Virus record (IMG/VR): IMGVR_UViG_3300013233_000702
Length of the DNA stretch: 64,000 nt
Reading direction: 5' to 3' (one strand)
From: an uncultured virus (IMG/VR IMGVR_UViG_3300013233_000702)
Lineage: Duplodnaviria; Heunggongvirae; Uroviricota; Caudoviricetes
Shown: positions 56,750-64,000 of the stretch, one piece after another
How positions within the stretch are numbered: position 1 is the stretch's first letter
How the letters are laid out: each line of letters begins with the position of its first letter
Notes under the pieces: generated by a model
What the model was told of the DNA's origin: nothing
The model's input: only the letters and a program-made list of their open reading frames with translations
The model's database searches: none
Position numbers and translations under genes: made by a program

Positions 56750-57918
56750 TGACCGTAGCGATAGGCGACTACTTCAGGAAGATGGCGCGCATCTCCTATC
56801 CGGGCATGCTGAAGTATGCAATGCGGACCGGAGCAGAGATGCTCGTCTTCACCGATCCTGTCTACGACCAGCATCAGTTCGACAAGATGCGCGCCTGCGC
56901 AGAAGCCCTCAAGAGGTTCGACCGCATCCTCTACATGGACGTAGACTGCCTGATCCACGAGGAATGCCCAGACCTCTTCGAGCTCGTTCCGCAGGACCGG
57001 CTGGGCGCAATGGACGAGGGAAGGCACGCTACGGACGAGCAGAGATCGGTCCATGCCGGCCTGATGAGGACTGCGGCTGTCGCCTACGGCATGGAGGAGA
57101 CCTCCGAGTTCCACAACACCGGGGTGCTGGTGGCCTCGAGACAGCATGCGTCCGCCTTCCACGTGCCGAAGGTCGTGGAGATGCCGTACGGCGAGCAGCC
57201 CCTCTTCAACCTCAACTGCGCAGCGAACGGCATCCAGCTGCACGACATAGGCCCGGACTTCAACAGGATGCCCTATCACGGACGCCTTAGCCTTGGCGAA
57301 CCATGGATTAGGCATTATGCCGGAATGACCGACGCGCTGCAGAAGATGAGAACGGACCTGCCAGTCCACACTAGACCCAACCTGCTTACACCATCGGACA
57401 GGGAGGCAGTACCGGAGGTCCTGGGCCTCGGAGGCGCGTCGTGCGTCGAGGTAGGAAGCTATGCAGGAGAGTTCGCGGCCCGGATCCTGGAGCAGGGTCC
57501 GTCCGATCTGTGGCTCGTGGACCCATGGGAGGTTCAGGACCTCGAGACCTGGCCAGACGACCATGCTAGGAAGGCAAACCTGGATGGCATGTTCTACGAG
57601 GTCTTGAAAAGGTTCAGCGGTGACGACCGAGTGCACGTCTTGAGAACGAGGTCTCTGGACGCCTGTAGTGCCTTCCGGGACGGATCACTCGACTTCGTGT
57701 ACGTGGACGCCGTGCACACCCTGGAGGGCGTCCTTACGGACTGCACGGCGTGGTGGCCGAAGCTTCGCCGAGGCGGCTGGTTATGCGGTCATGACTATAC
57801 TGGGAGGTTCCCTGGCGTAAAGATGGCGGTCGATGCCTTCTGCAGGACGGTCAGGGCCGACCTTGGTCTTCTAACGACGGAGGCTGCATGGGCGTCATGG
57901 GGTGTGCGAAGGACGTGA
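56734..57918 (+). CDS. GT8-like glycosyltransferase fused to class I methyltransferase
   Basis: YMDVDC, HNTGV, EQPLFN; VEVGSYAG, LDFVYVDAVH, GGWLCGHDY. Confidence 0.8.
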   Translation: MRKALVTVAIGDYFRKMARISYPGMLKYAMRTGAEMLVFTDPVYDQHQFDKMRACAEALKRFDRILYMDVDCLIHEECPDLFELVPQDRLGAMDEGRHATDEQRSVHAGLMRTAAVAYGMEETSEFHNTGVLVASRQHASAFHVPKVVEMPYGEQPLFNLNCAANGIQLHDIGPDFNRMPYHGRLSLGEPWIRHYAGMTDALQKMRTDLPVHTRPNLLTPSDREAVPEVLGLGGASCVEVGSYAGEFAARILEQGPSDLWLVDPWEVQDLETWPDDHARKANLDGMFYEVLKRFSGDDRVHVLRTRSLDACSAFRDGSLDFVYVDAVHTLEGVLTDCTAWWPKLRRGGWLCGHDYTGRFPGVKMAVDAFCRTVRADLGLLTTEAAWASWGVRRT

Positions 57919-58529
57919 GGGTGTGGACGATGGTCGTAGGAGACTATCTTCCGGAACTGTGCGAAGTGACGGTCCCGACCATCGAGGCATATGCCGACCG
58001 GATAGGTGCGGACTTTCGGACCATAACCGAGCGCAGGCACCCGGACTGGCCGATGACCTACGAGAAGGTACAGCTGTACAGTGAGTCCAGGGATGGCTGG
58101 ACGATATTCATCGATGCGGACACGGTGGTCGGAGAGAAGATGCCCGACGTAACCAGGCACGTGCCGCCGGGGCACGTCGCCTTTCACATGGCGTACGACG
58201 CCGGCAAGATCCTGCCCCACGACTATTGGCTTATGCAGGACGGACGGAACGTGGGAGTGGGAACTAGCTTCATGGCCTTCCAGCACGGACAGCGGTGCCT
58301 TCTCGAGCCGTTCAAGGAGCCGTTCTCCACCGTCCAGCGCAGGATGCTGACTGCCGGAACGAGGCTGCATATAGCGGACGAGTACTGCGCAAGCAGGAAT
58401 CTGGCACGGCACGGCCTGGACTTCATCGGGATCTCCCAGATATCGAGTGACTTCCTTCACCTGGATGCCACCACGGACGGCCATGAGGAGGCACTTGCCA
58501 GGGCAGCTTCATGGCTCGACGGACAGTGA
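57915..58529 (+). CDS. GT-A fold glycosyltransferase-like protein
   Basis: PTIEAYADRIGADF, YEKVQ, IFIDADT. Confidence 0.65.
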   Translation: MRVWTMVVGDYLPELCEVTVPTIEAYADRIGADFRTITERRHPDWPMTYEKVQLYSESRDGWTIFIDADTVVGEKMPDVTRHVPPGHVAFHMAYDAGKILPHDYWLMQDGRNVGVGTSFMAFQHGQRCLLEPFKEPFSTVQRRMLTAGTRLHIADEYCASRNLARHGLDFIGISQISSDFLHLDATTDGHEEALARAASWLDGQ

Positions 58530-60092
58530 GAGAACCTTCTGCACGACCTCTTCTGGTTCCGGAAGATAGTCGAGTATGTCCCCGTACACCCAGTCTATGG
58601 TCTGGGTATGGACTTGGGTCGGCGTGGAGTCGGGCATGGTGAGCATGCGGTAGAGGGACATGGCGCGCCAGTTCTGTCTTCCATGCCTGTAGGGGAGGAC
58701 GTGATCCGGGTGCTTGCAGGTGGGGATCAGCACGATCCAATTGTCGAACGCGCCGGCCAGGTGCACAGGGGCGGAGTCGTTCGACAGCAGGACCCCTGCC
58801 TTCGAGATAGCGCATGCGGTCGCTCCGAGCGAGAGCAGGTTCACGGCGTCCTTGACTCTCCCGTCCAGGCCGTCCATCTCGACGATACCCTGTTCGTTGG
58901 AGACATGCTTGCCGATCAGGACTACCGGCCTGTCGGACGCTATACCGTTGATCACTTCCCTCCACCATCCGGCCGGGAAGGTCTTGGAGGGCCATCCCCG
59001 GCCCGGGTGCACCAGGACCGTGTCCTTGGTCACTTCGCCGAAGTTCTCGCTGAGCTCCTGTTCGTCCTCAGGGCCGAGGTCTATCCTGATGGTGCGGTCC
59101 TCGACTGGAATGGTGCCGCGCAGGCACATTATGCTGCTGTAGTCGGTCGAGTGCATGAGGTTGGGGGAGACGTACTGCCATGATGGGCAGCCATGCTTGG
59201 CCATGGTATGCATCTCGTAGTAAGGCTCGTCCGGTTCCGGAACGAACTCCCCCATGCGGTAGAGCTCGACCGGAAGGTGCCGGAATAGCCTGGGGTACCA
59301 TGTCGCGAGGTGCACGTCGGCGTCGGGGTAGGCCTTTTCGACGACGTACCTGACGGCGGGCTCAGCGCATGCTTCGTCTCCTATTCCGCCGTGTACCTGG
59401 ACGTATATCCTCCTGCGGTACTCGTAGTCGGGGGCGTCCTGGGACCATCTCTTCAGGTCCTTGCCGACGAGGTCGATGACCTGTGCGTGGCTCGGGCATC
59501 CGGCGTAGTGGACGATGTAGCTTGCGAGGCGGTGCTGGCCGGTGAGGGGGTCCATGACGGTCATGCGGTTGAAGCGGTAGTCGAGCTGGTGGACTGGCAC
59601 CTTGCGGTCGTGGATCAGGGCGTTCAGGTAGGTCTGTTCGTAGAAGTTGCAGACCTCCTGGGCCGGCTTTCGGAAGAGGTGCTTGTGCATCCTGGACACT
59701 ACGGTCACGCCGGTGTTGTAGTAGGTTCCCTTCCAGCCGTCGAGGTTGACGTTATATTGTTCGCGGATGAGCTGCATGGCTCCGGACCTGTCTGCGTAGG
59801 CCCCTTCGTTGAAGGCTCCTAGCTTGTCAGGTGGAACTTCCTCGAACAGGTCCGGGCAGTCGTCCCTTATTATGAGGTCGGTATCGAGCAGGAGTATCCT
59901 GTCGTACCTGTTGAGTAGGGAGTGTGCCTGGAACTTCTCGAAGTGGGGATAGGTGGTTGAGACTAGCGGCTTGTTGGCCACTATGAGGTCTGCGCCTATC
60001 CTGTCGGCGTATGCCTCGATGGTGGGGTGGGTGTGTTCGGCGAGCTTCTGGGCGTGCTCGCCAATGGCTATGGTGAATATGGCCCTCTTCAT
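58509..60092 (-). CDS. GT8-like plus GT9 fusion glycosyltransferase (inverted paralog of 55154-56749)
   Basis: LLDTDL, YYNTGV, GGIGDE, HPGRGWPSKTFP, SNDSAPVHLAGAFDNWIVLIPTCKHPDHVLP. Confidence 0.8.
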   Translation of the reverse strand: MKRAIFTIAIGEHAQKLAEHTHPTIEAYADRIGADLIVANKPLVSTTYPHFEKFQAHSLLNRYDRILLLDTDLIIRDDCPDLFEEVPPDKLGAFNEGAYADRSGAMQLIREQYNVNLDGWKGTYYNTGVTVVSRMHKHLFRKPAQEVCNFYEQTYLNALIHDRKVPVHQLDYRFNRMTVMDPLTGQHRLASYIVHYAGCPSHAQVIDLVGKDLKRWSQDAPDYEYRRRIYVQVHGGIGDEACAEPAVRYVVEKAYPDADVHLATWYPRLFRHLPVELYRMGEFVPEPDEPYYEMHTMAKHGCPSWQYVSPNLMHSTDYSSIMCLRGTIPVEDRTIRIDLGPEDEQELSENFGEVTKDTVLVHPGRGWPSKTFPAGWWREVINGIASDRPVVLIGKHVSNEQGIVEMDGLDGRVKDAVNLLSLGATACAISKAGVLLSNDSAPVHLAGAFDNWIVLIPTCKHPDHVLPYRHGRQNWRAMSLYRMLTMPDSTPTQVHTQTIDWVYGDILDYLPEPEEVVQKVLSLSVEP

Positions 60093-60105
60093 GGGGCCTT
60101 ATGTA

Positions 60106-60441
60106 CTAGGCAGTCTGTAGTTCGAGTAGTCCTGACTCTCCTGCTCCTTCCGGGGACGCGTCGGCGGTCGCCTTGACGGGTTCGGCCTCCTTGTGCTCCT
60201 GCTGAGCGACGGACATGGGTCCGTTCTCCTCAGGCGGCACTGCCATCATACATCCTGACTCGTAGGCGTCGACGGCGGCCTTCATGAGGACGTTGGCTTC
60301 TTCGGGCGTCACCTTGGAGGCGGCGTGCTCGTGGCTCTTGAGGCTGTTACGGACTGCGCGGCTGAGCAGGCGGGCATTCATGCTTGCCTCCAGGCAGCGC
60401 GCGATGGCCCTGGCCAGCCTCTGGTCGTGTTCCTGTGCCAT
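60106..60441 (-). CDS. hypothetical protein
   Basis: operonic ORF. Confidence 0.55.
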   Translation of the reverse strand: MAQEHDQRLARAIARCLEASMNARLLSRAVRNSLKSHEHAASKVTPEEANVLMKAAVDAYESGCMMAVPPEENGPMSVAQQEHKEAEPVKATADASPEGAGESGLLELQTA

Positions 60442-60442
60442 G

Positions 60443-60793
60443 TCATTCGCCCCTGATCTGGTCCTTAGTCTTTAGGTACACGAGTAGTTCGTTCTGCTTT
60501 ATGGTGTCCCGTTCTATGGAGGCCTTGAGCTCGCCGAGGAGCTTGTTCTGCTCTTCGGTGCGCATGGAGCTGGCCTCTATTATGGTGCTGAGCTCTGCGG
60601 TTCTCTTGACCTCGTCATCGTGGAACTTCTCGAGCTGCTTGATGAGGTGCTTGCGCTCCTTGAACATGATCCAGAACATGAAGGTTGAGAAGATAAGCAG
60701 GAGCGCCATCAGGAAGGCAGCTGCTCCATATTCCCTGTATGCGTCGAGGACGTCCACGATGTCGGATGCAGCGCTGGCGAGGAAGTGTTCCAT
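60443..60793 (-). CDS. holin-like membrane protein
   Basis: single TM helix then coiled coil. Confidence 0.5.
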   Translation of the reverse strand: MEHFLASAASDIVDVLDAYREYGAAAFLMALLLIFSTFMFWIMFKERKHLIKQLEKFHDDEVKRTAELSTIIEASSMRTEEQNKLLGELKASIERDTIKQNELLVYLKTKDQIRGE

Positions 60794-60803
60794 GGGTGCT
60801 CCA

Positions 60804-63800
60804 CTAGATGTATTCGAAGTCTATGCTGTCGGTCGCGTCGAGGTCGAAGCCGGCCCTGTCGCCGTTCCAGATGAACTTGTCTCCTGCGGTTACGTCCTTG
60901 ATGCTCCTGGCGGCGGGCGTGTTGGCCACGCTGACTGGACTGGAGCGGTCGGACTGCGCCGTACCGTCGCCGACCTGTCCGTTGCTGTTCTCACCCCATC
61001 CGGCCAGTCCTCCGCTGGCCGTCCTGAAGATGACGTGGTTCCCTGCGCTCGGAGGAGCATCCTGTACGAAGCTGAAGGGTCCGACGACGCTGACCGGACT
61101 GCTCCTGTTCGAGAAGGTGCCATCGCCGAGGGGTCCATTGCCCCATGCCCACACGGAGCCATCCGTTTTCATGGCGAAGGACCGAGCGCCAGAAACTACC
61201 GCCACGAAGCTGTGCCCGCCTATGACGGAGACAGGACTGGACCTGTCCTGAGTAGACCCGTCTCCAAGTGCCCCGGCGGTCCCTCTGCCCCATGCCCAAA
61301 CAGAACCATCGGCCTTCATAGCTAGGGCATTATTATTCACGCTCACTGCAACGAAGCTGTGCCCACCGATCACGCTGACTGGACTAGAACGTTGATTGAT
61401 TGTTCCGTCACCTACATTTCCGAACGAATTAAATCCCCAGCCCCACGCAGATCCGTTAGCCTTCAAGGCTAACATGACGTTGTTACCAGCTACTGCTATC
61501 GACACAAAGCTGTGCCCGCCGATGACGCTGACTGGACTGGAACGACCTGCGGTAGTCCCGTCCCCCAGGACTCCACCGGAATCGCCGCACGTCCATAACG
61601 AGCCATCGGCCTTTAGGAGTGCCATTACTTTTATATCAACAGCTAATGACGTGAAGCTGTGCGTGCCGATCACGCTTACTGGACTGTTTCTGTCTACAGT
61701 AGTATTGTCTCCAACACGCCCTCTTGAGTTCTGGCCCCATGCCCATGCGGTCCCATCGTCCTTCAATGCCGCTCCAGCCCGTACTAGTACGAAGGAATGA
61801 CCGCCAACGACCTGTGTGGGACTGTAGCGGTCAGCAGTACCGTTTCCAAGAGGATCAAGGCCCCATGCCCAGGCCGAACCGTCGGACTTCATAGCCACTG
61901 CTCGTGCGCTGCCGCCGTCCATGAGGGCGAACGTGTGTGCGCCGATGACCGAGACTGGACTCGATCTGTTCTGCGACGTTCCGTCACCTACCGCGCCAGT
62001 ACCGGACGACGATCCCCATCCCCAGACTGAACCATCAGCTTTTCTCCCATATCTGTTTAAGTCAATGCCGCCTGTTTCTCCTGTACTGATCTGAACAAAG
62101 GAATGCCCACCAACGACGCTCACTGGACTCGAGCGGTTGCTGGTTGTGCCGTCTCCAATTCCTCCAAAGAACCCAGAACCCCATGCCCAGGCCGAACCGT
62201 CGGACTTCAGTGCTATGCCCCTGCCAACGGTTATGAAGCTGTGCCCACCGATCACGCTGACTGGACTGGAACGGCTTATGGTGGTACCGTCACCACACTG
62301 CCCAGCACCATTCTGCCCCCACGCCCATGCCGAACCATCAGACTTACGCGCATAGGTGGTATCGGGTATGCAGGCTATCTCGACGAAGCTATGTCCACCG
62401 ACCACGCTAACCGGACTAGAACGTTGATTTACTGTTCCGTCTCCGATTCCACCAAGTGTATTTCCACCCCAGCCCCATGCGGAACCATCTGCCTTTATTG
62501 CAACAGCACGACCGGTCGTTATGTCCGTTAAGTCGATGGCGACAAAGCTATGGCCACCTATCACGCTGACTGGACTAGACCTGTTTATCTTATCTCCAAC
62601 ACCAAGCTGGCCAACATCATTGCGGCCCCATGTCCATACTGAACCGTCTGCCTTTAGAGCAGCAGCAGCACGTGTGCCGTCGCCGAGCGCAACGTCCGTA
62701 AAGCTGTGCTCTCCGATCACGCTGACCGGGCTGCTGCGCATGAACCTTGTTCCGTCGCCCACCTGTCCAAAGTCATTCTCGCCCCACGCCCATGCCGAAC
62801 CGCCCGCCTTGAGACCAAGCATCTGGCCGCCGACCACAACCTTCACGAAACTATGCCCGCCGACTATACTGATAGGACTCGACCTTCCACTGTTCGTGGC
62901 GATGCCATCACCAAGGTTGACGGACAACTTGCCCCAGGTCCAGGCCTTACCGTCGGTCGTCCTGCCTGCCGACACGTCCGTCAAGGCGTCGACGTCGAGG
63001 AACATTGCTCCGCCCTCGAAGTAGCAATCCTTCGTCACAACGCCGTCGCCGAGGTCCTGCTTCAGGCCGTTCGCGAACACCATGACGTTGCCGTCAGACG
63101 CCGGAGTGTTCGTTATGGTAAGCCCGGTGTCCGCGTCGTTGCCGGACGTAACAGACGGAACCTGTTGCTTATCACTCAGGGACAGGCCGGACGCAGAACC
63201 TGGACCCGTCGGGCCAGTCGGGCCAGCAATCCCCGTGGAACCTGTCGGACCAGTAGGACCAGCGACCCCAGCGGAACCAGTCGGACCCGTAGGCCCAGTC
63301 GAACCGGTGGCTGCAGAAGCCCCAATCGGACCCGTGGGGCCAGTAGGACCAGCGACCCCAGCGGAACCAGTGGGACCAACCGTGCTGGCACCGAACACGT
63401 TATACTCAAGATCAACACGGTCAGAAGCAACAAGATCAAAGCCAGCAACAGTCCCATTCCAGTACAGAACATCACCGGAAGCAATATCAGCAATAGCACG
63501 AGCCGTAACACCGCCATCTGAACTGAAGTATGAATCCTTAATCTTGACGCCATCGCCAAGCGTGTATGAAACGCCATTCACCTTCACGATGACATAACCA
63601 TCGTCAACTGGCGTGCCACTGATTGATAGACCAGTACTGGAACCATCGCCCGAAGTAGCAGCCGGAGTCAAGTCCTTATCAGCAACAGTAAGCACCGACG
63701 CAACACCAGTCGGACCTGCAACGCCAGCAGAACCCGTCGGACCTGTCGGGCCAACAGTGCCAGCAGAACCAGTCGGACCTGTCGGGCCAACAGTGCCAGC

Positions 63801-64000
63801 AGAACCAGTCGGACCAGTGGGACCAGTCGGGCCAACAGTTCCAGCAGAACCAGTGGGACCAGTCGGACCAACAACACCAGCAGAACCCGTCGGACCAGTG
63901 GGACCGGTCGGGCCAACAGTTCCAGCAGAACCCGTCGGACCAGTCGGACCAGTGGGACCAGTCGGGCCAACAGTTCCAGCAGAACCCGTCGGACCAGTCG
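60804..64000 (-). CDS. large fibre-like protein: collagen (GPT) segments plus ~14 RCC1 repeats; 5' end lies beyond the window
   Basis: frame of ORF 60804..63695 stays open to the window edge ([13 protein letters not shown]...); [10 protein letters not shown]...[13 protein letters not shown] repeats. Confidence 0.85.
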   Translation of the reverse strand, partial: TGPTGSAGTVGPTGPTGPTGPTGSAGTVGPTGPTGPTGSAGVVGPTGPTGSAGTVGPTGPTGPTGSAGTVGPTGPTGSAGTVGPTGPTGSAGVAGPTGVASVLTVADKDLTPAATSGDGSSTGLSISGTPVDDGYVIVKVNGVSYTLGDGVKIKDSYFSSDGGVTARAIADIASGDVLYWNGTVAGFDLVASDRVDLEYNVFGASTVGPTGSAGVAGPTGPTGPIGASAATGSTGPTGPTGSAGVAGPTGPTGSTGIAGPTGPTGPGSASGLSLSDKQQVPSVTSGNDADTGLTITNTPASDGNVMVFANGLKQDLGDGVVTKDCYFEGGAMFLDVDALTDVSAGRTTDGKAWTWGKLSVNLGDGIATNSGRSSPISIVGGHSFVKVVVGGQMLGLKAGGSAWAWGENDFGQVGDGTRFMRSSPVSVIGEHSFTDVALGDGTRAAAALKADGSVWTWGRNDVGQLGVGDKINRSSPVSVIGGHSFVAIDLTDITTGRAVAIKADGSAWGWGGNTLGGIGDGTVNQRSSPVSVVGGHSFVEIACIPDTTYARKSDGSAWAWGQNGAGQCGDGTTISRSSPVSVIGGHSFITVGRGIALKSDGSAWAWGSGFFGGIGDGTTSNRSSPVSVVGGHSFVQISTGETGGIDLNRYGRKADGSVWGWGSSSGTGAVGDGTSQNRSSPVSVIGAHTFALMDGGSARAVAMKSDGSAWAWGLDPLGNGTADRYSPTQVVGGHSFVLVRAGAALKDDGTAWAWGQNSRGRVGDNTTVDRNSPVSVIGTHSFTSLAVDIKVMALLKADGSLWTCGDSGGVLGDGTTAGRSSPVSVIGGHSFVSIAVAGNNVMLALKANGSAWGWGFNSFGNVGDGTINQRSSPVSVIGGHSFVAVSVNNNALAMKADGSVWAWGRGTAGALGDGSTQDRSSPVSVIGGHSFVAVVSGARSFAMKTDGSVWAWGNGPLGDGTFSNRSSPVSVVGPFSFVQDAPPSAGNHVIFRTASGGLAGWGENSNGQVGDGTAQSDRSSPVSVANTPAARSIKDVTAGDKFIWNGDRAGFDLDATDSIDFEYI

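Noticed and set aside
1..64000. Alternative genetic code (stop-codon reassignment)
   Set aside because: Recognisable proteins are full length under the standard code and end at TAG, TGA or TAA with tight gene packing.

Overview
GC-rich, gene-dense 64-kb segment that most resembles a large (jumbo / T4-like) bacteriophage genome. This is an inference, since no capsid, terminase or portal gene lies in the window. It contains many short hypothetical ORFs, acidic proteins, tail-fibre, collagen and RCC1-repeat proteins, about 13 glycosyltransferase-like and several methyltransferase-like genes, four DUF4116-repeat paralogs, a sigma-70-like protein, RarA, dTMP kinase, a thermonuclease, a papain-like protease, a DUF4942 protein and one tRNA-Pro(UGG). 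The most striking element is a minus-strand reverse-transcriptase locus (7539-10765). A YADD-type RT lacking canonical retron and DGR motifs is preceded by three structured, sequence-divergent ~150-180-nt elements. Each is closed by its own long inverted repeat and has a conserved G just inside the 5' arm. They are interleaved with two paralogous ~200-aa proteins: protein A - ncRNA A - protein B - ncRNA B - ncRNA C - RT - RarA - nuclease. Other observations: a recurrent CAAA(G/C)ATA motif upstream of about 12 genes (candidate phage promoter), RCC1 arrays inserted into split host domains in two fibre proteins, and another candidate structured RNA at ~33.25-33.39 kb. All protein calls come from motif recognition by eye, and no database searches were run.
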